From positions 1 to 43,542 of the IMG/VR virus record IMGVR_UViG_3300047409_000209: a DNA stretch of 43,542 nt; one strand, 5' to 3'. The notes under the pieces were generated by a model that saw only the letters and a list, made by a program, of their open reading frames with translations, made no database searches and was not told the DNA's origin. The stretch comes from a virus (Duplodnaviria > Caudoviricetes). Positions 34,550 to 43,542 of this stretch are shown piece by piece; positions within the stretch are counted from its first letter, which is position 1; every line of letters starts with the position of its first letter. A program made the position numbers and the translations under genes.

Positions 34550-36606
34550 TTGGGCTCCAGCCACATCCGATTTTGCCGATGCCTAGCGCGGAGTGGTGTC
34601 GGGTGCACGGGGAAGAGAAAACGCGGGCTTACCTCGAGGAGCGGGCGCGGCGGATGGCAGCGGAGAAATCCGATCCGTTTACGTGCGGATATGAGCCGCC
34701 GATGTGGGGGCTGGTGGACGATCTGCTGGTGGACGGGAACACGGTGATCCTGGACGTATCCCGGCTGGAGAAGCTGGGAGCGAAGGCGCCGCAAGTGGAT
34801 GTGCCGCGGGAGATCGCCGGCGCGCCGGAGATTTATATTGCGGGCGCGAATCGCTCTTCCAAAAGCGAGTATGGCGGGAAGAAGATCCACAAGGTTTTAC
34901 GGAACCGGGATAATGCGCGGACCTGGAGTTTTGCCGATACGGGCCCGATCTCGATTGCCCGGCAGCAACCGATCTTCTGGCGGTATATGCCCCTGGAGAT
35001 AAAGAAGCTGGCGGCTAACACGGGTAAGGCGCGCCAGGGCGCGGTGCTTAACATCAGTTACAAACAGAAAACGGGGTTTGCGGAGCAAAGCTTTGTCCTG
35101 CCAAACGGGTCGCAGCATTGGTTTAAGAATTACGAGCAGGATATTGAGAACGTGGAAGGCGACCAGCTTGACGCGATTTGGCTGGATGAGCTGCGCAACA
35201 TCGAGTTACTGAGGACTCTCCGCGGCCGCATGATCGATCGGGGCGGCATCATCATCGTCACGTTTACGGCGATCGATGAGAATTACACGGCGGTAGTGAA
35301 CGAGTATGAGCGCGGGGCAAGGACGGTGTTTGAGGTGGACGCGAAGATGCTGCCGATTAAGAGACCGAGGATTGAATCAGGAAAGCAGGAAAGCAGGAAT
35401 TTAGGAATTTCAGCCGGAAGGAACCCGATGCCCATACACCAAAAGGATCCGGCGGCTGCTGGATCGCCGGCTGAATTTCATTTCCCAGTGCCTGTGCTGG
35501 CCGAAGCTGGTAGCGGAGCAAGACCGCTGGAAAAGAGCAGCGAAGCGCGAGAGAGCAAACGGGTTGGTGCCGGCGGCCTTCCTACGCCGGACTCTCGCGG
35601 CTGGGAAAACGACTTTGAGGTTATTGGTTACGAGAAGGTGCCGCGGATAAAGGTGGCGGGGCCGGGGACGGATGGGAACCAGCGGGCGAACATCGTTTAC
35701 TTTCATATCACGGATAATCCCTACTTCGGTTATGACGCTTCGATGTCGCGGACAAAGGGGAGTAAGGCGCCGCTGTTTGGCGAGGAACGGTTTTACCGGG
35801 CTTATCGCGGCGCTACGCGCTCGAAGATTCTCTCCCGCGTTTACGGGATTCTCACTACCACAAGCTCGCAGCAATTCCCGAAGTTTAGCGATGCAGTTCA
35901 CGTAGTAGAACCGGAGCGTGTGCCGCGGCAGGGCACGAATTTTCTGGTGGTGGATCCGTGTGACGGGCGGAATTGGTTTATGATTTGGATTCGCGTTGAC
36001 GCTCGCGGCCGGTGGTATGTCTATCGCGAGTGGCCATCGACGGGGCATCCGGGCGCTTATATACCGGGTATAGGCGACCCGGGGCCCTGGACGCTCCCGG
36101 GGCAACCGGCGGATGGTGTGCGCGGGCCGGCGCAATCGCCGTTTGGGTTTGGTCTGGAGCGATATATCCAGGAGATTTTGCGGCTCGAAGGGAAGGAACA
36201 TATCCAGGAGCGTTGGATGGATTCGCGCTATGCGGCTAACCCCACGGTAACAAAGGAAGGCAGCACCACGCACATCGAGCAACTGAGCGAGCTGGGCATG
36301 GAGTTTCTGGCGGCCAGCGGGAAAGAGATCGCGGAAGGGACGGGGCTCATTAACGACAAGCTGGATTACGATGGCGAAGTGAAGCTGGGCCAGTTTTCGC
36401 CTACGATGGCGAGGCTGAATGAGCCGAAGCTCTTTATCTCGCGCAACTGCGCGAACACGATTTATTCCCTGCGCGAGTGGACCGGGAAAGATAAGCAACA
36501 CGGCGCCTGCAAGGATCCGATCGACGTGATGCGCTACGCCACGCTGGCCGGGCTGGATTACATCGGGGAAGATGCTTACTCGTGGCGCGGCGGAGGGAGT
36601 TACTGA
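34546..36606 (+). CDS. terL: Terminase large subunit
   Basis: Walker A-like GANRSSKSE, Walker B IWLDE, coupling motif TFT, nuclease VVDP, MDSRY and KDPIDVMRY. Confidence 0.88.
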   Translation: MIGLQPHPILPMPSAEWCRVHGEEKTRAYLEERARRMAAEKSDPFTCGYEPPMWGLVDDLLVDGNTVILDVSRLEKLGAKAPQVDVPREIAGAPEIYIAGANRSSKSEYGGKKIHKVLRNRDNARTWSFADTGPISIARQQPIFWRYMPLEIKKLAANTGKARQGAVLNISYKQKTGFAEQSFVLPNGSQHWFKNYEQDIENVEGDQLDAIWLDELRNIELLRTLRGRMIDRGGIIIVTFTAIDENYTAVVNEYERGARTVFEVDAKMLPIKRPRIESGKQESRNLGISAGRNPMPIHQKDPAAAGSPAEFHFPVPVLAEAGSGARPLEKSSEARESKRVGAGGLPTPDSRGWENDFEVIGYEKVPRIKVAGPGTDGNQRANIVYFHITDNPYFGYDASMSRTKGSKAPLFGEERFYRAYRGATRSKILSRVYGILTTTSSQQFPKFSDAVHVVEPERVPRQGTNFLVVDPCDGRNWFMIWIRVDARGRWYVYREWPSTGHPGAYIPGIGDPGPWTLPGQPADGVRGPAQSPFGFGLERYIQEILRLEGKEHIQERWMDSRYAANPTVTKEGSTTHIEQLSELGMEFLAASGKEIAEGTGLINDKLDYDGEVKLGQFSPTMARLNEPKLFISRNCANTIYSLREWTGKDKQHGACKDPIDVMRYATLAGLDYIGEDAYSWRGGGSY

Positions 36607-37190
36607 TGCCGATCACAAACGTGGAGGAGTGGGACAGGTGGCTGGCGAAAAACCAGAATAATTCATACGGGCAAGAGTGTATGCACGTAGCCGGGGAAGT
36701 AATGTATTTACTGGATAAACCCGGGGAGTTTGATGCCCATGCGCTTGTGAAACAGGCAGGCAAGAACGTGGGAGCGATCGAGTTAAGCCCGTATATGGCG
36801 GGGTTCGTGCGTGAGATCGTTCTGATGTGCCACTCGCGCGGAGCTGAGTTTTCAAGGGTATGGCAAGCGCGACAACTAATTTACAGGGTATCGCCGGTGC
36901 CGCGGCCGGAAGAAGTGCAGAAGCTCGATGCTCTAACAGTCGAACACCGGTTGTTACAAGAGGATTATGAGAGCCTAAAAAATCGCTATAATCTAAACGA
37001 CCAGCAATGGCAGAAAAGATGCAGCGAATTGGGCACCGCAATTTACGACCTGCGACGAGAGAATGGGCGTTTAAGGCGGTTGGGAATGGATTTCCTGGAA
37101 ACGTTGCACGAATCGGCGACGCCGACGCCGAGGTTCGTGCCGGGAGCGCGTGCACCGTGGGAGCTGGAATACGAGATGGCGGGATTATGA
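36606..37190 (+). CDS. Hypothetical protein with coiled coil
   Basis: TGATG overlap with terL. Confidence 0.65.
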   Translation: MPITNVEEWDRWLAKNQNNSYGQECMHVAGEVMYLLDKPGEFDAHALVKQAGKNVGAIELSPYMAGFVREIVLMCHSRGAEFSRVWQARQLIYRVSPVPRPEEVQKLDALTVEHRLLQEDYESLKNRYNLNDQQWQKRCSELGTAIYDLRRENGRLRRLGMDFLETLHESATPTPRFVPGARAPWELEYEMAGL

Positions 37191-37363
37191 ACACTCGAGA
37201 CTGGACAGAAAAGGAAGTTTGGGACGTGATCGCGGAGAGCGGGGTGCGCGGGTTGCACGCCAGGATTAACGAGGCACTGGCTGCGGCCAGGCGAACGTGC
37301 GACCAATGCGGCTGCGAAATGGAGGAGGACCGTTGTGAAGTTGAAGTGCTTCGACCACATTAG
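37187..37363 (+). CDS. Small hypothetical protein with CxxC
   Basis: MNTRDWTEKEV...CDQCGC; ATGA overlap. Confidence 0.5.
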   Translation: MNTRDWTEKEVWDVIAESGVRGLHARINEALAAARRTCDQCGCEMEEDRCEVEVLRPH

Positions 37364-37532
37364 AAAACATCAGGATACGCTTTATGCGAAGAAGGTGCGG
37401 CTGGATGGGTTGCGCGCACTCTATGCCACGCACGAGCAGGCCGGGCAGGCTCCGATCCCGGGGAGTTATATGTGGGAACTGCGGAAGAGAATACGCCACG
37501 TGGAAAAATCGCTGAAGGTGATGGCGGAATGA
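37335..37532 (+). CDS. Hypothetical protein
   Basis: GGAGGAGG upstream of the GTG. Confidence 0.55.
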   Translation: MKLKCFDHIRKHQDTLYAKKVRLDGLRALYATHEQAGQAPIPGSYMWELRKRIRHVEKSLKVMAE

Positions 37533-37540
37533 GTAAAGAA

Positions 37541-37629
37541 TCTCACACAACGTCCACGAAGGGCACGGAGGATCACCAGGAGTCAGTGACCTTTGTGTTC
37601 CTTTGTGGACTTTGTGTGAGGCATTCCCC
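37541..37629. repeat. Hairpin repeat family A, copy 5
   Basis: Arms nearly identical to copy 2 (9809-9897), different loop. Confidence 0.92.
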
Positions 37630-37836
37630 ATGAGCACGCCTTCGCCAAAGCCGCACCTGCGTTACGCGGAATTGAAGGAATGGCTCCAGGCAAACGGGGT
37701 GTCGCAATATAAGCTGCGGAGTTTGGTTGCCCAGGGGGTGATTAAGCCGAACTACGTGGGCGGCGGTTACGCTTATTATAATGCGGAGCAGATAAAGCGC
37801 GATGTGCTGGATCCGATGGACCAGCTATTGAGATGA
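37630..37836 (+). CDS. Small MerR/Xis-like DNA-binding protein
   Basis: GVSQYKLRSLVAQGVIKP...YYNAEQI. Confidence 0.6.
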   Translation: MSTPSPKPHLRYAELKEWLQANGVSQYKLRSLVAQGVIKPNYVGGGYAYYNAEQIKRDVLDPMDQLLR

Positions 37837-38063
37837 TAACGAGATATGGCTGCGTCACTGAATGGTTCGAGTATTTCGGCGTTCTCTGCACGGCGCGCGA
37901 GAAGCAAGTTGCGGAATTGTTAATGGAAGGAAAAACAGTTACTCAAACGGGGCGCGCATTAGGCATTTCGTATGTTCGCGTAATTCAAATCCGTGAGAAG
38001 CTGGCCAAGAGAATCAGGCAAGCCCAGGCAAGGGCACGTAACGAAGATTTATGGGTCTGTTGA
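37833..38063 (+). CDS. LuxR/sigma region 4-type HTH protein
   Basis: TAREKQVAELLMEGKTVTQTGRALGISYVRV. Confidence 0.7.
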   Translation: MITRYGCVTEWFEYFGVLCTAREKQVAELLMEGKTVTQTGRALGISYVRVIQIREKLAKRIRQAQARARNEDLWVC

Positions 38064-38365
38064 ATATCACGCGCACGATCCGTGTTGAGAAGGGGAAGGA
38101 GCTTAGCGAAGCGGACCTGAATGCGGCGCTGGCGGTGCCGATGGATGACCGGCTTTGGCGGGCGCTCCACCAGCTCATTGATACCGCGGAAGCTAACGCG
38201 CACGAGAACGCCAACGCTAACATGGACGTTCCAACGGTCCTGGCGGGTTACGTGGGCGGCGCGGCGCACCTTAAAATGTTGCGGGAAGAATTGCTAAGCC
38301 GGCGCGAGGATGGGATAAAGCTGATCGGCGGGGAGATCAATCGACCGGAGCCCATGCAGGAATGA
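38051..38365 (+). CDS. Small helical protein upstream of the scaffold gene
   Basis: 104-aa helical ORF. Confidence 0.65.
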   Translation: MGLLNITRTIRVEKGKELSEADLNAALAVPMDDRLWRALHQLIDTAEANAHENANANMDVPTVLAGYVGGAAHLKMLREELLSRREDGIKLIGGEINRPEPMQE

Positions 38366-38370
38366 AAAAG

Positions 38371-38460
38371 ATTTTCGCACGAAGGTCACGAAGGCGCACA
38401 AAGATCACGAATACCTGGTGCTCCCTTTGTGCCTCTTTGTGGACGTTGTGTGAGATTTTC
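38371..38460. repeat. Hairpin repeat family A, copy 6
   Basis: TTCGCACGAAGGTCACGAAGG...CTTTGTGGACGTTGTGTGAGA. Confidence 0.85.
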
Positions 38461-38659
38461 AAATCCTGATACAGGCAATGTTGTGTCGATTCGTGTCGAT
38501 TCTTGCTGAGTCGTGCTGATTCGGGCGGTCAGTTAGTGGACAACTTCTAGTCCTCTCCCTTAAGGCCTCAACTCGTGAGGCTCTTATCATCATTCGGCCT
38601 TGGCGGCGGCAAGGTGCCGGCGCGCAAACAGCAATGGTGTTCCAACCAGGGAGGATTCC

Positions 38660-39814
38660 ATGGACCAAGCGCAGGGCGCCGCGGGGACAGGCGAGGCTGA
38701 ACAACCCACACAAACGCAGACCGAACCAGAGGTCAGAGGTCAGAGGTCAGAGATCAGCCCTTTGCAGGCGGCGGTTCGTAAGGAACTGAACGTTGAAGGG
38801 CATAGGCCGGAAGAAGAGCCGAAGTCAGAGGTCGGAGGTCAGAGGTCGGAGGAAGAGCCAAAGGCAGAGCCGGAACTGCAACCCGAGCCGGAACCAGAGC
38901 AGGAGGAAGCAGGCGATACGCCTGTCGCTACAGAAGAGCCGGAAGCGGAGCAGCAGGTGCCCGGTGATTGGCCGCAAACGGCCAAGGCGCGGGTAGCAGA
39001 GGAAGCGCGGAAACGGCGGGACCGCACGGCAGAGCGCGACCATTGGCAGGCGGAAGCTGAAAAGCTGGCCGCACAACTCCAGCAAGCTACCGCGGTCCAG
39101 TTACGACCTACTAAAGCACTCACCGAAGTGGTGGACAGGCAGAGCCTTTCCGCCGCTGAGAATCATTGGAAGGAGATCCGGCGATTTGCCAGGACGAATC
39201 CCGATGGCGCTTATGACGTGCTGGTAGGCCAGAACGCTGATGGCACCGAGAAGCGCATGGATTTCCCGAAGGAGGAGATCATCAAGATGGGCCTGGACGC
39301 TGATGAAGCGATCGAGGCGCTCCCGGCAAGGCGCGATTTCGTGGCCAAGGTGGAAGCGGAAATTGCGCAAGCGAAAACCGTTTACCCCGATCTGTGGAAG
39401 GCAACTGAAGCAGGCAGGGAAGCGGCTACCATCGTGCAACGCGCACCGTGGCTCCTTCAGGAACCCGACTGGGCTTTCGTGATAGGCGATTACCTGGCGG
39501 GGCGCAAGATGCGCCTGGCTAAGCAAGGGAAAAGCGCCGGTCCGGCAGCTGCCGGAGCACTTAGCCCGGGGGCGCAAGCACTCCTGGGGGCACCGAAAGT
39601 AGCAGCGGCACCCGGTGTTATTAAGAGCCGATCGGCAAGCGGCGGCCCGGGCCAAAGCAGAGGCACAAGTGGCGAGCGTGTGGATTCTAAACAAGCGGAC
39701 GAAGCGTTTTACGCCGCGGGCGGCACCGCAGAAGCGCTGGAGGAAAAGATTAAACGGAAACTAGCAGCTTCGCAGGGAGGTCGCGCCGGCGGAAAACAAG
39801 CTGCCCTGGTCTGA
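38660..39814 (+). CDS. Capsid scaffolding protein
   Basis: GGAGG ribosome site, acidic disordered N-terminus, coiled coil, directly upstream of the capsid gene. Confidence 0.75.
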   Translation: MDQAQGAAGTGEAEQPTQTQTEPEVRGQRSEISPLQAAVRKELNVEGHRPEEEPKSEVGGQRSEEEPKAEPELQPEPEPEQEEAGDTPVATEEPEAEQQVPGDWPQTAKARVAEEARKRRDRTAERDHWQAEAEKLAAQLQQATAVQLRPTKALTEVVDRQSLSAAENHWKEIRRFARTNPDGAYDVLVGQNADGTEKRMDFPKEEIIKMGLDADEAIEALPARRDFVAKVEAEIAQAKTVYPDLWKATEAGREAATIVQRAPWLLQEPDWAFVIGDYLAGRKMRLAKQGKSAGPAAAGALSPGAQALLGAPKVAAAPGVIKSRSASGGPGQSRGTSGERVDSKQADEAFYAAGGTAEALEEKIKRKLAASQGGRAGGKQAALV

Positions 39815-39866
39815 CCGCGTATATGGCCACGCAAAGGAACAATTACGACTCGTGGTTTTACGCGGT
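39814..39866. repeat. Hairpin repeat family F, copy 3
   Basis: ACCGCGTA pairs with TACGCGGT immediately after the stop codon, as at 1190. Confidence 0.65.
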
Positions 39867-39910
39867 TCGGGAAGGGCAGTTCCTAAACAACCAATAAGGA
39901 GAACTTTACA

Positions 39911-40897
39911 ATGGCAGCAGTAGTAACAGCAACAGAGATAGTGCATGAGGATCTTAGCGATGAGCTGATCCAGGCAGACGTGCGCAATACGCCCTTGAGC
40001 TCGCGCATGAGAAAAGGTGCAAAGGTAACAAACATGCTTTTCTCGTGGCCGCTCGAGAGCCTGGGCGCACGGCAGATTACACCGCCCGCTGAGAATGCGG
40101 ACGTGACAACGTTTGAAGGCGATACGGAAGTTCGCACTTACAACCGGGCACAACGCTTTTGGCGTCAGCCGCGGGTAAGCGTGATCTCGGATCGGGTGAA
40201 CGATACGGCAGGCGACTTCGGGAAAATGAGCCACCAGGTCGCGAAGAAAGTGACGGACCAGAAACGCGACATTGAAAGCGTCCTGCTCAGCACCCAGGCG
40301 AGCGCAGATGATACCGGCAGCGTGGGCACGAAGATGCTGGGGATAGGTCGCGCGATTAACGATGGGACACTGGTGTGGACTGGTGACGCGGTGACAACGC
40401 CGCCTGTCGGTTACACCACGCCAACGGCGCAGATTTATACCGGCACGCTGGCGACACTCGATGAGCTCACCTTCGCGGCCATTCTGAAAGCGCGTTTCGA
40501 CTCGCTGGGGATGACCACGGAGCTCACGCTCTTCGCCGGCAGCTCACTCAAGAACCAGATCAGCACCATGTTTGGCAAGTATAAGCCGAACATCACGAAC
40601 TACACCGTAGTCGTTCGCACCGAGCAGCAGGCGATCGATAGCCGGAAGTATGCCGGTTATGGGATCGATATGTATGAAGGCGACTTCGGCTCGTTCGAGA
40701 TCGTGGTGGATCCCTGGATGCCGGATCAGAAGTGGGGTTACGGCATCGACATGACGATGCTGAAAATGCGACCGAGCTTTTACTGCGACGTGAGCAACCT
40801 GCCTTACATGGGCGGGGGCGAGAGCGCGCTGGTGGATTCCATCCTCGGTTACGAGTATGGCGATCCGCGGGCGCACTTCAAGATCGCGGCAACCTGA
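39911..40897 (+). CDS. Major capsid protein (DUF5309/SU10-like)
   Basis: TAAGGAG ribosome site, 328 aa, EDLSD...TPL, KRDIESVLL and YEGDFGSFEI. Confidence 0.85.
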   Translation: MAAVVTATEIVHEDLSDELIQADVRNTPLSSRMRKGAKVTNMLFSWPLESLGARQITPPAENADVTTFEGDTEVRTYNRAQRFWRQPRVSVISDRVNDTAGDFGKMSHQVAKKVTDQKRDIESVLLSTQASADDTGSVGTKMLGIGRAINDGTLVWTGDAVTTPPVGYTTPTAQIYTGTLATLDELTFAAILKARFDSLGMTTELTLFAGSSLKNQISTMFGKYKPNITNYTVVVRTEQQAIDSRKYAGYGIDMYEGDFGSFEIVVDPWMPDQKWGYGIDMTMLKMRPSFYCDVSNLPYMGGGESALVDSILGYEYGDPRAHFKIAAT

Positions 40898-40934
40898 TTG
40901 GAGTTAGTGGTTAAAGCATAGATCGAGCGAGAAA

Positions 40935-41369
40935 ATGGGCGCCAGAGATGACCAGATGGGTCCGATGGAAACACTGGAAATCCTGGCGCCTCTTCTCGAG
41001 AAGCCGATCGTAAACGAGCTGTGCAGCGGGCGTAAATGGGAGGACTACCGTAAGCGCAAGCTCGATCTCTTACGCTGGCGCATAGCCCGCGCCTGGTGGC
41101 GCCAGCGGCGGCTGGCAGAGCGTGAGCGGCATTCGCAGCCGCGCTTTGTGGATGGGGTAGGACAACGCAAGGCGGTGATCGATGAGGAGCTGGCCGCATT
41201 TACCAGGGCCAAGTATGGGCGGACGGCGTTCCACGATCCCGACCATCTGAATTTCATTTTGAAGGAGCACCCGGAGCTGCGCGCGCCTACGCCGGCGCCG
41301 CGTTACCACATGGTAAACGGATTCAGAGATTCTAAGCAGGAAAGCAGGAAAGCAGGAAACCTAAAATGA
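40935..41369 (+). CDS. Hypothetical protein after the capsid gene
   Basis: 144 aa; its C-terminus is formed by repeat C (QESRKAG). Confidence 0.65.
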   Translation: MGARDDQMGPMETLEILAPLLEKPIVNELCSGRKWEDYRKRKLDLLRWRIARAWWRQRRLAERERHSQPRFVDGVGQRKAVIDEELAAFTRAKYGRTAFHDPDHLNFILKEHPELRAPTPAPRYHMVNGFRDSKQESRKAGNLK

Positions 41370-41794
41370 AGAAACTATTATCTTTAATTCTCATCCTGGC
41401 GGTCGCCGCGGCGACGCAGGCGGGTAACGTTAATGTCGTAAACCCGCTGAGTAAGCCGGTGCCGGTAACGAGCGTGGCTACGGTGGGCACGACAGCGCTG
41501 GCTACTACTACGGCGTATTCGGCGCACATCACTACCAGCGCAACGACTACGGTGGTGGCGACCACGGCTTACGTTTATACGGTGCAGGTAGCGGTGAGTA
41601 ACGCGGGCACCGCCTGGACGATCACGATTCGCAGCAAGGAAGCCACGCCGAAAATCTTATACACCGCTACAGCGGCGGTGGGTAGCACCATGGTGATAAC
41701 CGCAGAAGTGCCGATAGGGCTTACCAGCGGGATCGACATTGTGACCGCGGGCACCGCGGGCGTGGCCGATATTTGGATCACGTATTCGCAATAG
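41366..41794 (+). CDS. Thr/Ala-rich beta protein with signal peptide, paralog of 9898-10221
   Basis: MKKLLSLILILAVAAATQA leader and shared GIDIV motif. Confidence 0.75.
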   Translation: MKKLLSLILILAVAAATQAGNVNVVNPLSKPVPVTSVATVGTTALATTTAYSAHITTSATTTVVATTAYVYTVQVAVSNAGTAWTITIRSKEATPKILYTATAAVGSTMVITAEVPIGLTSGIDIVTAGTAGVADIWITYSQ

Positions 41795-41801
41795 GGAATA
41801 G

Positions 41802-41880
41802 GCCCACGAAACACACGAAAAACTCTAAAATGGGAGTTTCAATTCTGACCCTTTTCGTTTCTTTCGTGTGTTTAGTGGGC
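41802..41880. repeat. Hairpin repeat family B, copy 3
   Basis: GCCCACGAAACACACGAAA pairs with TTTCGTGTGTTTAGTGGGC. Confidence 0.9.
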
Positions 41881-41897
41881 AGAAAATCCCCTGTCCC

Positions 41898-43542
41898 ATG
41901 AGAACGGTTACGTTTAAGAGCGTTTACGAATCGATCGCGCGGATGCACGGGATGGATCCGCGCGGGGACGCGGTATCGAGTGACGCCGGCCTTTCGATTA
42001 GCGATAACCTGAATGCGCGGGTGCAAACGGCGTGGTTCCTGTGGGAATGGCCGGAGTGGACGATCACTGAAGAGCGCGCTTTCCGGCAGATTTGGAATAG
42101 CTCGCGTCAATTCTACCAGGTGGGAGCGGACGGGAAACCGGACGAAGTGTTTTACATTCCTAACGTAGCCACTCACAGCCTGGTGGACGCGGCTTATTAC
42201 CGGGTGAAAGAAGGCGCTGGTAATCCGCCTTATGGGACGCCGCCGACTAACGCGACTTACTGGGAGCCGATGGACACGGTGGATACTTACGTGGCCTTTG
42301 ACCAGATTTGCCGGCGCCGGATAGGCGAAGTGCTGGAGGTGTTTGCTAATAACCCGGCGGTGGTAAAGCCGCCGCGTTGCCTGCCGCATCGGGTGAACGA
42401 GAACGGGATCCAGATTTATGAGGCTGGCGGGTTATCCACGGTATTCGTGCGTTACCTCATCCCGGCGGAGCAGTTTACCACGTTTCCTTACATACCCTCG
42501 AGGACGTATCTGACCGGGGACAGAGTTTATTTAGCTGAGCAAGGCGAATGTTACCAGGCTTTGCAAGTGGCCACGGGCAAGGATCCGGCCACGGAGTATT
42601 CTTACTGGCGGCGTTGTCAATTTCCTGCGGTGCTGAGCCAATACGTGCAGCTCGGGACTTATGCCGATTGCTTGCGGGAAAGCGATACCAGCGATGAGCG
42701 CGACCCGGTTATGCTGCAAATCCGCGGGCAACGCGCAAGCCAGGCGGCTTCTGATGCGGAGGATGAAATCAACCGGCAGATTAACCGGCTCCAGGCGCAG
42801 GGACAGAATTTTCAATACCTGCCCTTTGGCGTGCGGGTGGCGGGCCGGGGGCGTCCCGGCTTGTGCGTTGTGCCGGGCTACGTGTTGCAAGGTGGCGGCG
42901 CGTATGGCTACGGGCCGATCGCGCCCACGGGCAGCGGACAAACCACGCTTAGCGACCAGTGCGAAGGCGATTGGACTTACCAGGTGCCGCCGCCGCCGGC
43001 GCTCGTGAACACCGCGGATACCGGCACTATCCCGCTCGTAAACGGGCAGAGCTACATCGACGTGGTATTTGCCTCTCCCAAGCCGAATGCCAACTGGGTG
43101 TTTACCGAGTTGCGGATCCTGAACACGATTGATCCCACGCCGCTCAACATCTACCCCGGGATCGTGAGCAGCAAAACGAATACCGGCTTCCGGCTACAAC
43201 TCAACGGCACGCCGGACAGCAACAATTATGTTTTGCAATGGACGATCAACGAAATCACCACGGTGCCGATCCCGGCAACCACGTATGGGCTTTCCGGCCC
43301 AGCTACGGGCGCCCCTGGTATTCCTGCGACTTTCACTGTTAGCCTGCCGATAAACACCACTGTTACGGGAATACTCATCGTGACGCCGAGCGACAGCGGC
43401 GCGGGCGGCACGTTCACGCCGGCCAGCGTGGGGCTGACTACGGCAGGGCCCACGGCTACTTTCACATACAGGCCCGCATCTGCCGGTGCTAAGACGATCA
43501 GTGTCACTAACAACGGCGGGTTGAGCGATCCGGCGAGCGTTA
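41898..43542 (+). CDS. 3'-truncated adaptor-like protein fused to Ig-like repeats (absent from the ORF track)
   Basis: Translated by hand: open for 548 codons to the window end. N-terminal ~300 aa resemble 2642-4162; ends ...AKTISVTNNGGLSDPASV. Confidence 0.8.
   Translation, partial: MRTVTFKSVYESIARMHGMDPRGDAVSSDAGLSISDNLNARVQTAWFLWEWPEWTITEERAFRQIWNSSRQFYQVGADGKPDEVFYIPNVATHSLVDAAYYRVKEGAGNPPYGTPPTNATYWEPMDTVDTYVAFDQICRRRIGEVLEVFANNPAVVKPPRCLPHRVNENGIQIYEAGGLSTVFVRYLIPAEQFTTFPYIPSRTYLTGDRVYLAEQGECYQALQVATGKDPATEYSYWRRCQFPAVLSQYVQLGTYADCLRESDTSDERDPVMLQIRGQRASQAASDAEDEINRQINRLQAQGQNFQYLPFGVRVAGRGRPGLCVVPGYVLQGGGAYGYGPIAPTGSGQTTLSDQCEGDWTYQVPPPPALVNTADTGTIPLVNGQSYIDVVFASPKPNANWVFTELRILNTIDPTPLNIYPGIVSSKTNTGFRLQLNGTPDSNNYVLQWTINEITTVPIPATTYGLSGPATGAPGIPATFTVSLPINTTVTGILIVTPSDSGAGGTFTPASVGLTTAGPTATFTYRPASAGAKTISVTNNGGLSDPASV

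Noticed and set aside
42531-43513. Short track ORFs at the right end
   Set aside because: They lie within the open 41898 frame, which the track missed because it has no stop in the window.

Overview
The window is a near-complete, about 43.5 kb temperate tailed-phage genome or prophage, with podovirus-like structural genes and almost all genes on the + strand. It is probably circular, broken inside a repetitive gene: the open frame running off the right end (41898-43542) appears to continue in the open frame at the left end (3-1190). Recognisable modules are terminase large subunit, scaffold, major capsid, portal, two paralogous head-tail adaptor-like proteins, a beta-helix tailspike, tail stabilisation and ejection proteins, and a ~2450-aa polyvalent protein (hydrolase-like, ParB-like, ADP-ribosyltransferase-like and JAB/RadC domains). 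It also carries a tyrosine integrase, three excisionase-like paralogs, a divergent ribbon-helix-helix switch, an initiator with iterons, DnaB, a Dam-like methylase and a dual-frame C5 methylase. The most unusual signal is several unrelated families of repeats (mostly hairpins) at gene junctions. Nearly all intergenic copies are read through by a short ORF that starts on or beside the upstream stop and ends on or beside the downstream start. A three-gene array built from shared homology blocks (30163-32022) is also notable. All product calls come from motifs recognised by eye; no database search was run.
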